Positions 40,238-49,931 of a DNA stretch of 64,000 bases are shown here, piece after piece. Each line of letters opens with the position of its first letter. Position 1 is the stretch's first letter. This stretch comes from a virus, in IMG/VR virus record IMGVR_UViG_3300008117_000001; one strand, 5' to 3'. The notes beneath the pieces are model-generated. The model made no database searches. It had not been told where the DNA came from and saw only the letters and a list, made by a program, of their open reading frames with translations. Position numbers and translations under genes: made by a program.

Positions 40238-40682
40238 TTTTGGTGGTAGTCTTTCTGCGGTATTTGCGTTTAGGACTGGTAATTCTAAGATTTTCAATCT
40301 TGGCCATTTGAACAAACTGTTTAGCTTTTTCAATGGTTAAGTTGAGAAGGTCGTTATTAAGATATTGCCTAATAAAATATAAGCGTTGACGATATATGGT
40401 TCCGCCCCAAACACCATCATAATTATATTTAATAGCTTCATGTAAACACTCTACTTGTACAGGACAAGCAGAACACATGCTTATAGCTTTGGCTGCAGAG
40501 GATGCAGATTTATTGTCGCTGTTAATAGAAAAGAAATGATCTGTCGATAAAGATCCGTTTCTACAAAGAGCTTTTTCTCTCCATAGAGAACCTAAATCGT
40601 CAAAGCACTCATAAAGATTAGCAACGTTTTTGGGAGAACCTCTACGAGAAGTAATGGGAGAAGTGGGATTAGAATCCATCAA
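40218..40682 (-). CDS. whiB: WhiB-family Fe-S transcription factor
   Basis: WREKALC...C-x2-CPVQVEC...GVWGG, with a basic C-terminal tail. Confidence 0.9.
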   Translation of the reverse strand: MMDSNPTSPITSRRGSPKNVANLYECFDDLGSLWREKALCRNGSLSTDHFFSINSDNKSASSAAKAISMCSACPVQVECLHEAIKYNYDGVWGGTIYRQRLYFIRQYLNNDLLNLTIEKAKQFVQMAKIENLRITSPKRKYRRKTTTKNDLLPE

Positions 40683-40950
40683 GTTCCGATCTAAAAACTA
40701 TTGAAGATTTTATTTTTTGCACAGAAGATAGAATTTCAGAAGATAGAGATGAAAGAACAGAGAGATCATCTAAAAACTGAGAAACTTCTTCAACAGACAG
40801 CTTGTTATTTTTATCTACAGTTCTCATTCTTTTTTGTATGCTCTGTATCTTAGAGTAAATATCATGAGATTGAAGAAGGATAGATTGGATAGAGTTTAGT
40901 GATTTTTCAAATGAAGAGTATTCTTCATCAAAATATTGAAGTGGATTCAT
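40669..40950 (-). CDS. Hypothetical protein
   Basis: 93-aa ORF. Confidence 0.6.
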   Translation of the reverse strand: MNPLQYFDEEYSSFEKSLNSIQSILLQSHDIYSKIQSIQKRMRTVDKNNKLSVEEVSQFLDDLSVLSSLSSEILSSVQKIKSSIVFRSELDGF

Positions 40951-41024
40951 GGTACCCCCGGGTGGAATCGAACCACCTTTGAGACTTTATAAGAGTCTTG
41001 TCCTAACCAGTAGACGACGAGGGC
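40950..41024 (-). tRNA. tRNA-Ile(TAT)
   Basis: GCCCTCG...AGACT-CTTATAA-AGTCT...GGTTCGATTCC...CGGGGGTACCA; CCA is encoded. Confidence 0.9.
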
Positions 41025-41036
41025 TAGCAAATAAAA

Positions 41037-41294
41037 TTAAATGCTAGCCTCGGATATTCGATCATCAGTAAAATAGATTGCAGTAACATCATTAACAGGA
41101 TAACCGCATCTGTAATTGTCTGCTTTACGCCAGACAAAATAATATGGAGCTTCTTCAGCGGGCCATTCTAAACTTTCTTCAAAATAAAGAAGTTCATCAA
41201 AAGGTACAATTTCGCCACTAGCAAACTTCATATAGCCTTTGCTTTTGTGGGAAAGAATAGAAGGATGATTTGGTTTATCGGTAATAAGAATCAT
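41037..41294 (-). CDS. Hypothetical protein
   Basis: 85-aa ORF. Confidence 0.6.
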   Translation of the reverse strand: MILITDKPNHPSILSHKSKGYMKFASGEIVPFDELLYFEESLEWPAEEAPYYFVWRKADNYRCGYPVNDVTAIYFTDDRISEASI

Positions 41295-41503
41295 GAAGAA
41301 ATACTTTCTTTAGCTGTAGCTAAGAATGAGCCGTATAAATATCTATTGTCAAGAAGAACACATTTAACATAATAGTTTTTCTCTTGCTTCAGTATAGACA
41401 TAATACTGCGGAAATGCAAATCGGCTGAAGGATTGTTTTGAATATACTGAGTTAACCACTCAATAGTTAATTTATATGGTGTAGATTGAAGAAGGTTTTC
41501 CAT
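41291..41503 (-). CDS. Hypothetical protein
   Basis: 70-aa ORF. Confidence 0.55.
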   Translation of the reverse strand: MENLLQSTPYKLTIEWLTQYIQNNPSADLHFRSIMSILKQEKNYYVKCVLLDNRYLYGSFLATAKESISS

Positions 41504-41952
41504 CAGAAATCAGGGTTAGGGCAAAAATATAAAACAGCTGATGCAACAATTGCGCGTTGAAGTGCAGCGTCTTCGTTGTCGATTGCGCCTTCGTTAATGC
41601 GCTCTTCGACATCGGAAGATTTCATTCCAAGATTAATTGCATCGCACCAGAGTAGTCCGTATCCGACAATGTCTTGATCAGATAATGGAATAAAGGCACT
41701 GCCGTAAATTTGTTTAGTTTTTGCGAGAAAATAAATTTGAAGATCTTTTTGAGAAATACCTATTGGTAAATCATCTAGAGATGGAATTGAAGTGGTAGTT
41801 GAATTAGAAGTTGAACTACTTAAAGGTGAAAGTTGAGTAGTTGAAGGAGAAGAAGTTACAACTGCATCTACAGAAGTATAAATTAATAAAGTAATTATTA
41901 AAACTAATGTAGCTGCACTGGACAGTAAAATAGGTGTAATATATTTTTTCAA
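41503..41952 (-). CDS. DUF732-like exported protein
   Basis: TM/signal segment, Ser/Thr linker, GLLWCDAINLG...SAVLYFCP; probable TTG start. Confidence 0.7.
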   Translation of the reverse strand: MKKYITPILLSSAATLVLIITLLIYTSVDAVVTSSPSTTQLSPLSSSTSNSTTTSIPSLDDLPIGISQKDLQIYFLAKTKQIYGSAFIPLSDQDIVGYGLLWCDAINLGMKSSDVEERINEGAIDNEDAALQRAIVASAVLYFCPNPDF

Positions 41953-41962
41953 AAGTTTATCC

Positions 41963-42391
41963 TTAAAGAGCTTTATTAGTATTTTGTTGATTGACAAAAT
42001 CTCTAGCGCGATTAACATATTTTAATGCAGCATCTATAAGATTTCCAGAAGGATCATCTTGGATAAATAATTCTGTCTCATCTTTTACCTGCATACAGGT
42101 TACAAAATTTTCACCTTCAAGATGAATACAAACTCTTACTCTCTTCTTTTCTGGATGTTTTGAAGGAGTATGTGAATCATCTATTGGGGCAGCCCAACCA
42201 TGAGTGACAAGAATTGCTCTTTTTAAATATCCATAAGCAGCAAACGAAATCATTAACTCATAAGCATCTTCGGATTCTTCTATTGATTCCCAATTGTTTC
42301 CATTTAACACCCAAAGACTAGAAGAACTATTCCAATCATTAGTAGTCTCATAGTCTTTTTGGAATTTATTAAATAAAACTTCATAGGACAT
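41963..42391 (-). CDS. Hypothetical protein
   Basis: 142 aa, GGAG RBS. Confidence 0.7.
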   Translation of the reverse strand: MSYEVLFNKFQKDYETTNDWNSSSSLWVLNGNNWESIEESEDAYELMISFAAYGYLKRAILVTHGWAAPIDDSHTPSKHPEKKRVRVCIHLEGENFVTCMQVKDETELFIQDDPSGNLIDAALKYVNRARDFVNQQNTNKAL

Positions 42392-42411
42392 AAATTCTCC
42401 AATAGAATATT

Positions 42412-42828
42412 TTAGGAAACAGGATAATTAAGAGATATATACTCCGCATTTTGTATGTGCTGTCTACACAAAACAGTGGTAGAAGCTATAGCTATAGCAA
42501 ACTGAAGTTGACGATCAGGTCCGTTAGTTCCAGATTCATTTATACGTTCAACTATATCTACATCTGTCATTCCTTCGTCCATTAAAGTACAAAGAAGATA
42601 TCCAGTTTCTAATGCAGTTTGCTTGTATGTTTCAGAAACAAATCCATAATAATATTCAACATCATCAAAGAAAGCATACTCTAAAGGAGTATAAGTGATT
42701 TCTTCAGCAGGGAGAGTCTGCTGTGTGAATGATGTTGAAGATTGGGGAACAATGGTTCCCTCCTCGCTGGTTGCCCCCGACGAGCAACCAACGAGGAAGA
42801 GAGCTATAACAGAAAAAGTTAAACGCAT
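42412..42828 (-). CDS. DUF732-like lipoprotein
   Basis: Lipobox LVGC; TGYLLCTLMDEG...TTVLCRQH. Confidence 0.75.
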   Translation of the reverse strand: MRLTFSVIALFLVGCSSGATSEEGTIVPQSSTSFTQQTLPAEEITYTPLEYAFFDDVEYYYGFVSETYKQTALETGYLLCTLMDEGMTDVDIVERINESGTNGPDRQLQFAIAIASTTVLCRQHIQNAEYISLNYPVS

Positions 42829-43244
42829 CAGAGTCCATCAAATTTATAAACTTGACTGGGACAGAAGTTTGCTACTGCAGACAAAGCTACTAACTGAACA
42901 AACTCAAGGTCTCCACCAGCGTTTTCAATAGCCCATACCACTTCTTGTCCAGACATTCCATTAAGGAGATAATCGCAAACAATTCTACCAGTCTCAATCA
43001 TTTGAGAACGAGTAACATAGATTGTTCTGGGGTAGTTACTTTCAATGTCGTAGATGAACTCATCTTCTTCTGTCCACGGAGCTTGAGTGGTAGGAGCGGG
43101 AGTTGCAACTGGTGCATCTGTAGTCTTAACAACAGTTTTTTCAGGACTGTTTGGTACTTCGGTATCTGTAACGTATACAGTCTTAGTGCCACCACATGCT
43201 GTTAATGCAATAAGTGCACATGCGCCAATAATAATCTTTTTCAT
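42828..43244 (-). CDS. DUF732-like lipoprotein
   Basis: Lipobox LTAC; GRIVCDYLLNG...SAVANFCP. Confidence 0.8.
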   Translation of the reverse strand: MKKIIIGACALIALTACGGTKTVYVTDTEVPNSPEKTVVKTTDAPVATPAPTTQAPWTEEDEFIYDIESNYPRTIYVTRSQMIETGRIVCDYLLNGMSGQEVVWAIENAGGDLEFVQLVALSAVANFCPSQVYKFDGL

Positions 43245-43361
43245 TTTTATTTTATCCTTTCAAGGTAAAGTAGTAGTCGTGCGGAGAATATGTGTCCACC
43301 AACAGTATACACGATTTAGTCGTTCCCACCCGTACGGGTAGAGGATGTTGGCTACTACTAG

Positions 43362-43433
43362 AGCCGGATCTCAGGATTGAACTGAGGACCTACCGCTTAC
43401 AAGGCGGTTGCTCTACCACTGAGCTAATCCGGC
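43362..43433 (-). tRNA. tRNA-Thr(TGT)
   Basis: GCCGGATTAGCTCAG...ACCGC-CTTGTAA-GCGGT...GTTCAATCC...ATCCGGCT. Confidence 0.95.
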
Positions 43434-43861
43434 TAGGAGCCTATTTATCATCTTGTTGCTTATTGTCAGTATTGTCGGGAGAAACCTTCGGTGAAGGGGT
43501 AGATGGCTTCTTGTGGCCTTTAAATACTTTTCTAAATTTTGCAAGTGACATATAATCTCCTAAAGTTTAGCTATTACAAAAATACTGCAGGTATTCTATC
43601 CTACGTACTTCGCCACTGCTTTTCCGTAATATATAAAAGACTTTACGTATTAAGTAATAGCTAGGAAATATTGTTAAAGTCTTTCGGACACTATTGATTA
43701 ATCTTCTTAAAAAGAAGAAAAATCTCAGACGTACTCGCACTTTGAATATTTCCAAAATGAAGGATGCTGTTATAACGCGAGCGCCCCGTAGTAGGCTCAA
43801 CAGACAATAGTAGTTGTTTTTACTTGCGCTCTTATTTTTTTGGTATTATAACAGCATCCAG

Positions 43862-43935
43862 TGGGACGAGCAGGAATTGAACCCGCGACCCGGGGATTAT
43901 GAGTCCCATGCTCTAACCAACTGAGCTATCGTCCC
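43862..43935 (-). tRNA. tRNA with CAT anticodon (elongator Met or lysidine-modified Ile2)
   Basis: GGGACGATAGCTCAG...GGGA-CTCATAA-TCCC...; the G1-C72 pair argues against an initiator tRNA. Confidence 0.9.
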
Positions 43936-44076
43936 ATATCGTCTCTCCGACTGTCACGCCTTCATAGGGGCACTTCGCTTGACGTTTAGCTACTGCATGG
44001 AGGACACGCAAACCGAAACCTCTCCCCAAGATACAAGATAGATTCCATGTCTCTGCATGAGATTAATCTATATAAA

Positions 44077-44265
44077 TCAAAGTCCTTGTAGCATGTCTGC
44101 AAAATGCTCTGTCTGAGTTTTAAAAACCTGTATTTCAGAATTAATAAATTCTTTAATTTCAGAAGAAAGATTATCAAGAGCAGAACAAATGTTATCAGCC
44201 ATAATGCGAATCTGAACAAGTTGCTCTTTTTCTTGGTCGCTAATAAATAACATTGAATGAGTCAT
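44077..44265 (-). CDS. Hypothetical protein
   Basis: 62-aa ORF. Confidence 0.55.
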   Translation of the reverse strand: MTHSMLFISDQEKEQLVQIRIMADNICSALDNLSSEIKEFINSEIQVFKTQTEHFADMLQGL

Positions 44266-44474
44266 GTTGGAATTCTCCCGGTTAAAACTTTGTAGGTACG
44301 TAGAGTTAAGTCATCAATAATTAAATATTCAGAGCCTTCTTCAAGTTCATCAGAGTGAACTCCGACATAAAGCATATCTCGTAAGGCTTGATCTATAACG
44401 TCAACAGCTTGAAAATCATTTTGAAGCTCACCAGGAATGTGCATGATAAGCTCAACATTTACTTTAACTTTCAT
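44262..44474 (-). CDS. Small hypothetical protein (tandem paralogue A)
   Basis: MKVKVNVELIMHIP...VIDQALRDMLYVGV. Confidence 0.65.
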   Translation of the reverse strand: MKVKVNVELIMHIPGELQNDFQAVDVIDQALRDMLYVGVHSDELEEGSEYLIIDDLTLRTYKVLTGRIPT

Positions 44475-44489
44475 AGATTAATTCCTTAA

Positions 44490-44699
44490 TTAAATATTAG
44501 GAGAATCAATTGGCATTTGTTTTGAAGATACAATTGTAATTTCTTCAACGTTGAAAAAATCAAATGGTTCTTCAGGATCAAATACGCCTACAGCGAGCTG
44601 CTCACGAAAAAGAGCATCAATTACTTTAACAGGAATTTTGTCACTAGAAAATTCATCGGGGACATGCATAAAGACGTCCAATGTTAGCTTAATTTTCAT
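44490..44699 (-). CDS. Small hypothetical protein (tandem paralogue B)
   Basis: MKIKLTLDVFMHVP...VIDALFREQLAVGV. Confidence 0.65.
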   Translation of the reverse strand: MKIKLTLDVFMHVPDEFSSDKIPVKVIDALFREQLAVGVFDPEEPFDFFNVEEITIVSSKQMPIDSPNI

Positions 44700-44875
44700 A
44701 CGTTTAAATCCTTTGAAGATTCTTGATCAATCATGATATGTAAACGAATATCTAATAATAGATCTGTCATTTCTTCTGTAGATACAAGTTTTCTACCAGA
44801 AATATCATTGATAGCTTTGTCAACTAAATTGGTAATTTGTTGAATGGTTTCAGTTTTCATATTGATAATCCTTAG

Positions 44876-45271
44876 TTAACGTTTTGGAAACATATTGGAA
44901 ACAAGACGAGCTCTATAATTTAGAGCTTCAGAAAGAAGATCCTCAGGAAGGACTTCTTCTTTCTTGTCATTAATAGTGGAACACAACCAACGTAAAGCGT
45001 CTATGCAATCAGTTAAGTAAGGATCTTCAACGTGGTCAGAATTAATATAATGCTTAACATAATAAGAAAGATTACTCATTCTCATGGTATACATGTTTGC
45101 AAGTATCTTAATCATAAGATCACCGAAAGCATGAGTATACTGTAAAAGCTCTTCGTTGTTTTCAAGATATTCTTGAATATTTAATTCTTGTGAATTAGAT
45201 TCAGAATTATATTCTTCGTTGATAATTAGTTGAAGAGAAGGTTTATTAGAGTCTTCGTTATGAGTGTTCAT
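44876..45271 (-). CDS. Hypothetical protein
   Basis: 131-aa ORF. Confidence 0.65.
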   Translation of the reverse strand: MNTHNEDSNKPSLQLIINEEYNSESNSQELNIQEYLENNEELLQYTHAFGDLMIKILANMYTMRMSNLSYYVKHYINSDHVEDPYLTDCIDALRWLCSTINDKKEEVLPEDLLSEALNYRARLVSNMFPKR

Positions 45272-45292
45272 AAAATTCCTTAGAAGAATTAG

Positions 45293-45475
45293 TTAGGATT
45301 CTTGATACCATTCAGAAGCAAGTTCAATTGCTGGAGCATAGTTGTCCCAAGTATCATCGTCACCGGATTGAATTCCATGTGGAACTAATCCTTGTGAACA
45401 AAGATAATTGAAAGCTTCTTTAATAAGATCAAGTTGTTTATCTTGTGGCAGATCAATAAATTCTTTATTAGACAT
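45293..45475 (-). CDS. Hypothetical protein
   Basis: Probable start MSNKEF; the track's N-terminal extension runs through tRNA genes. Confidence 0.6.
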   Translation of the reverse strand: MSNKEFIDLPQDKQLDLIKEAFNYLCSQGLVPHGIQSGDDDTWDNYAPAIELASEWYQES

Positions 45476-45477
45476 AG

Positions 45478-45550
45478 TGCCCCCTGCAGGGCTCGAACCT
45501 GCGACCAATGGATTAAAAGTCCACTGCTCTACCAACTGAGCTAAAAGGGC
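45478..45550 (-). tRNA. tRNA-Lys(TTT)
   Basis: GCCCTTTTAGCTCAG...TGGA-CTTTTAA-TCCA...GGTTCGAGCCC. Confidence 0.95.
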
Positions 45551-45595
45551 AAGGCGGGCAGCGAAGCCAGAAAGGAGTAGAACTTCGCTGCCCTG

Positions 45596-45668
45596 TGGGC
45601 CTGGTGGGTTTCGAACCCACACTGGAAGGATTTTAAGTCCTCTGCCTCTGCCGTTGGGCTACAGGCCC
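45596..45668 (-). tRNA. tRNA-Leu(TAA) with a short variable arm
   Basis: GGGCCTGTAGCCCAA...GAGGA-CTTAAAA-TCCTT...GGTTCGAAACC; 73 nt. Confidence 0.9.
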
Positions 45669-45689
45669 GAGGCCCTTGAAACCATTAAA

Positions 45690-45914
45690 TTATTCTTCGT
45701 AAGAAGGAAACGAAGCGGGATCAGTAAGAATATTGTGGATACCAGTATACCAGGTGATAATATTATCTAGCTTTTCAGAGTCAATATTTTCATGATCTGG
45801 CATTGAGAGAACACTGTCGGAAACAATGTTCTTAGTGAACTTTAGAAGTTCTATGGTGTTTTTGATGTTGTTGATGTCTTCAATTTCGGAACCAATGATT
45901 ACTGAAAGTGACAT
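45690..45914 (-). CDS. Hypothetical protein
   Basis: 74 aa, AAGG RBS. Confidence 0.6.
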   Translation of the reverse strand: MSLSVIIGSEIEDINNIKNTIELLKFTKNIVSDSVLSMPDHENIDSEKLDNIITWYTGIHNILTDPASFPSYEE

Positions 45915-46112
45915 GATGTTTTTTCCTTATTGTTATTTTGTTTTGATATCCCCCTCTCTTGTCTTTGAATATACTAATTGATATTTTTATCTTGGCGAAT
46001 TTGGCTAAGAAGATTGGCAGTTAGACAATCAAGACAAAGATTTTTTTTAAATCTATTAGAATGATAAACATCCTTACTTTTCAAAGAACAATCAGAACAT
46101 TTAAGAGATTTG

Positions 46113-46568
46113 TTAAATGTCCTTGATGTATTCTGAGGAGTTTTCATATATTTTTGTTACCTGTTCAACTATGTGATATGGAATAGAATGAAAATGTTCA
46201 TCGTGCATACTTGTTTTATAATTGTAAGAACCAAATATAAGAACATCTCCATAAACAGCATCGGTAACAGTTGCACCAAAGTATGTAGAGAAAGAATGTC
46301 TTAACAACTGTGTTGCAACATGATTAGCATAGAATATCGAATATTGTAAAAGAGGATCAAAACAGATTAAGAAATCTGGATGTGGATGAATTATTTTGAT
46401 CTCATTAGTAGAAAATACATATGATATAGCATTTTCGTATGTGTCATGTATGACTGTGGGAGTGCGATTTATAGATGGAGATATATGTAATGATTTTATT
46501 TTTCCAGAACTATCATAAAGCTCTGGAGAAATAATAGGATGATAATTATTATAGAGCACAAGAATCAC
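46113..46568 (-). CDS. Hypothetical protein
   Basis: 151-aa ORF. Confidence 0.6.
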   Translation of the reverse strand: MILVLYNNYHPIISPELYDSSGKIKSLHISPSINRTPTVIHDTYENAISYVFSTNEIKIIHPHPDFLICFDPLLQYSIFYANHVATQLLRHSFSTYFGATVTDAVYGDVLIFGSYNYKTSMHDEHFHSIPYHIVEQVTKIYENSSEYIKDI

Positions 46569-46968
46569 ATAGAGTTTTGCGCCAAGAAGAATTAGTAAGT
46601 TTCCCTAATTGTCCACAGTTTTCACAGATAGAAAAAGACTGAGATTCGGCATGGTTGATAAGCACTTCAATAATATGACGTGCGGTATCTTGACCTTGAT
46701 GAATGGATAGGTCTACATAGTATCTTAATCCACCGAATTTTTCTTTGACTTGAGCAATCTTATAATGAGGATCAATATAAGATATGTCTGTGTTAAGCTG
46801 GGCAATAAGATGGATCCAACCTGGACCTACATCTAAATGTGTAGGAAAGTTGGGATTAAATCTTGATAGCAAATCAAGAATAGAAGGAGTGCTTAAAAGA
46901 ACTTGTTGACGCAAGGTAGTAGAGTTAATTTTAGATAAATAAGACTGCCAATATTCTTCGTTAGTCAC
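46549..46968 (-). CDS. Conserved phage hypothetical protein
   Basis: GPGWIHLI...QVKEKFGGLRYY...ICENCG...TLCDSC. Confidence 0.7.
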   Translation of the reverse strand: MTNEEYWQSYLSKINSTTLRQQVLLSTPSILDLLSRFNPNFPTHLDVGPGWIHLIAQLNTDISYIDPHYKIAQVKEKFGGLRYYVDLSIHQGQDTARHIIEVLINHAESQSFSICENCGQLGKLTNSSWRKTLCDSCAL

Positions 46969-47440
46969 TATTGGTGTCCTTCCATGTAATCATGTCAGTA
47001 TAGAATGATGAGCCTATTTCATCGTTTGTAGTAAAAACAACTCTTGATATTCCGGCATCGATAATCTCTTGCATACACCATGAACATGGTCTAGCTAAAG
47101 CAGGAATATCTTTTGAACGTAGACGAGCAACATAGAGAGTTGCTCCTCGTACGTTACGGGTGTTTTTAAGAACGCGAACTTCGGCATGTGTGCTCACTCT
47201 ATTAGGAGGTGTACTAGGAGATATTTTTGGCATGTTTACATCAGCGCCAAGAACTCTACCTGATTTGACAACCATTGCTGCAATACGAAAACGATATTGA
47301 GAAGTGGTAGCGATCTTAGCTGTAGCTGATAAAAAAGAAACATCATTATTGCTAAGAGTATCTTGAACAAAAATATAATCAGTATAAGGATTATTGACTT
47401 GACGAGAATAGTAATTAGTAAACCTTGACATGGGTTCCAT
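46961..47440 (-). CDS. Zn-dependent cytidine/dCMP deaminase-like protein
   Basis: HAE...GATLYVAR...PCSWC...AGISRVVF. Confidence 0.85.
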   Translation of the reverse strand: MEPMSRFTNYYSRQVNNPYTDYIFVQDTLSNNDVSFLSATAKIATTSQYRFRIAAMVVKSGRVLGADVNMPKISPSTPPNRVSTHAEVRVLKNTRNVRGATLYVARLRSKDIPALARPCSWCMQEIIDAGISRVVFTTNDEIGSSFYTDMITWKDTNSD

Positions 47441-47449
47441 TATATCAGA

Positions 47450-49123
47450 TTACCACTTAGATCGTGAATATTTAATTTTGTTATCCAACCAAGCAGGTCT
47501 TGGATTGGCTTCATAATATTTAGAAATAATTTGACTGGCAGTTCCTTTAGTCATATCAGAAGTAACGGGAACACCAATTCTTTTAAGAAGTTTTTTCTGT
47601 GCGTCAGTTGGACCATCAGATCGCCAAGCTGCATCAGAATCAATAAGCTTTGTGTCAAATCTTTTCATGATCCATTTGTCGCTACGAACAAAAGCATCTC
47701 GCATATCTTCAGGATAACCTAAGAATGTAGTTTTTAATCCTTCAGATGTACGATGCCTATGTTCAACGGTCCATCTTCCTAAAGTATCAACATATATTCT
47801 AAGAGAATTATTATTATCTATACCAAGATGATAATCATTTTCTGCTACTTCAGCCCAAACAAAACGAGAATATTGTTGAACAAATTCGTTTGGTGGGGGC
47901 GGCATAAAAAGATTAATACGCTTATAAGCTAGTTCTATATCATCGGGTGCTAATACCCTAACGGCTTCACCTGGACAATAGTCTTCGAGCTCTTTATATT
48001 TATTCGCTACGTCTGTTAATGATTGGCCTTGTAAATCGAATTCTGGGGGTAGACCGAGAAGAGATGGAAGGCCAATAGGTTTGCGACCCTTTGTGGTGTC
48101 GGCAAAATCTAAAATGGTGCAATGAGGTTTTCCTTCATATAGTCTTGTGCCTCTACCAACAATTTGGGTATATAACAGAGTAGATCTAGTAGGTCTAGCA
48201 AGTAAAATTGCTTCTACGGATGGTTCGTCGAATCCTTCCGTAAGAACTCCAACATTGATGAGGACTCGCGTTTCACCGCTAGCAAAACGCGCCAGAATAT
48301 CTCTACGATCATCTGTACTAGAAACACCTAATATTACCTCATTTGTTATTTGCGCTTGCCCAAAGGATAGGGCCAGGTTTTGGGCATGTCTGACTCCGGC
48401 AGCGAAAACAAGGGCTTTCGCATTAGGGACCAGATCATTATAAGCAGCAACAATGGTAGCATTGCGCTGAGGATTATCAATAACATCTTCAAGTTGTGAC
48501 TGGTTGTAGTCTCCATCATTTGTTTCTACTCCTGAAATATCTGTGTCTGTTTTAATTCTATATCCTACCAGAGGAGATAGATATCCGTCTTGTATAAGAT
48601 CTTGAATTGTTTTATAATATACTATTTCTTGAAAAACATCAGTAAGACGAACACTGTCACTACGTTGTGGAGTAGCTGTTACTCCAAGTAGAAACGACGG
48701 ATTGAAGTAATCCAGGATACGACGATACGTAGGAGCCGCTGCATGATGTGCCTCATCTATAACTATGCTATTAAAGTAGTCAGGTGGATACTTTTGTATT
48801 CGAGTTGATTGAGCTCTACCAAGAGTTGGAACACTAGCTACAACAACATCTACATGTCCAGCATGGTTTTCGCCTTGTTCAATCTCTACAGTTAAATCAG
48901 GATTAGACCAAGATATTTTTTGTTTTGCCTGATGAAGAAGTTCTTCTCTGTGAGCTAGAACAAGCATAGGTAGGCTTTTTTGTTTGAACTGTGGAAGGTG
49001 GGAAAAGATAACAGTTTTCCCTGCACCAGTAGGGAGGACAACAAGTTGACGGACTATACCCTTTTCAGAAAAAGATACAACAGAATCTAAAGCTTCTTGT
49101 TGGTATGGTCTGAGTTGCAACAT
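47450..49123 (-). CDS. SF2 DEAD/DEAH-box helicase
   Basis: LRPYQ, PTGAGKT, DEAH, TATP, EGFD, QIVGRGTR. Confidence 0.95.
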   Translation of the reverse strand: MLQLRPYQQEALDSVVSFSEKGIVRQLVVLPTGAGKTVIFSHLPQFKQKSLPMLVLAHREELLHQAKQKISWSNPDLTVEIEQGENHAGHVDVVVASVPTLGRAQSTRIQKYPPDYFNSIVIDEAHHAAAPTYRRILDYFNPSFLLGVTATPQRSDSVRLTDVFQEIVYYKTIQDLIQDGYLSPLVGYRIKTDTDISGVETNDGDYNQSQLEDVIDNPQRNATIVAAYNDLVPNAKALVFAAGVRHAQNLALSFGQAQITNEVILGVSSTDDRRDILARFASGETRVLINVGVLTEGFDEPSVEAILLARPTRSTLLYTQIVGRGTRLYEGKPHCTILDFADTTKGRKPIGLPSLLGLPPEFDLQGQSLTDVANKYKELEDYCPGEAVRVLAPDDIELAYKRINLFMPPPPNEFVQQYSRFVWAEVAENDYHLGIDNNNSLRIYVDTLGRWTVEHRHRTSEGLKTTFLGYPEDMRDAFVRSDKWIMKRFDTKLIDSDAAWRSDGPTDAQKKLLKRIGVPVTSDMTKGTASQIISKYYEANPRPAWLDNKIKYSRSKW

Positions 49124-49327
49124 GATGTCCCCCCTAACGGTTTAGTTGAATTCAAGTTCTGTTAAATAATATTCAGAGTCCATAAGACGTCTGATGTTTT
49201 GTTCAAACTCCTCATCTGACATAACATATGATTTTACCATATGGGGAGTTTGATATTTGTTTGCGCTACAGTTGGTAACAGCAATGTATTTAATTTCTTT
49301 GTCTTGCATTATTATTCATTTTCTATG

Positions 49328-49924
49328 TTACTGATGAATTGCACTATAGTATGCAATTTTAAGGGAATCAAATATCTGAAGCGAAGCTCCAGAATAACTA
49401 AGATACGAAAGACATTCGTGAACAGTATAGGGCGAGGAATCTAAGTGAGTGAACATAAAAAAAAGATTAATCATATCTTTTGTGGGACCTTCAAAGTTTG
49501 TGTCAAGAAGGTTCTGAGTAGTAAACTGATCAGAGTGCCAAGTGATAGTTTTATCTTGATTTTTTGTATATGGAAGCTGAATTATATATCCTCGGTATTC
49601 TGAAATAAGAAAAAGTTGCAGACAATCAATTTCTTGATTATCAGAATTTTTAATAATAGAATCCAAGGAAATTAAAGCACAGCTAGAATCTAAACAAGGA
49701 TAAAGATAAAGTGCTTCAGCGAGCTTAGATAGAGTATTGGAAAAAGACTGCTGAGGAGCAGGAGTGACAACTACTTGACGAGTTCTTTCATTCTTAAAAA
49801 ATGTTATCATAGGATGATACTTAGCATCACGAGATGCTGTATCCATCAAAACATTTTGAAGAATATTAATTTCCTCATCAATAATTGCACATTCTTCTTT
49901 AATTTTTTCTAGATCGTATGTCAT
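49328..49924 (-). CDS. Hypothetical protein
   Basis: 198-aa ORF. Confidence 0.7.
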   Translation of the reverse strand: MTYDLEKIKEECAIIDEEINILQNVLMDTASRDAKYHPMITFFKNERTRQVVVTPAPQQSFSNTLSKLAEALYLYPCLDSSCALISLDSIIKNSDNQEIDCLQLFLISEYRGYIIQLPYTKNQDKTITWHSDQFTTQNLLDTNFEGPTKDMINLFFMFTHLDSSPYTVHECLSYLSYSGASLQIFDSLKIAYYSAIHQ

Positions 49925-49931
49925 ATCTGTC

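Noticed and set aside
45556-45593. 11-bp perfect inverted repeat between tRNA-Lys and tRNA-Leu
   Set aside because: Most simply a tRNA-processing or spacer hairpin; no further evidence of an independent element.
43292-45622. ORFs 43292-43555 and the N-terminal extension of 45293-45622
   Set aside because: They overlap clear tRNA genes.
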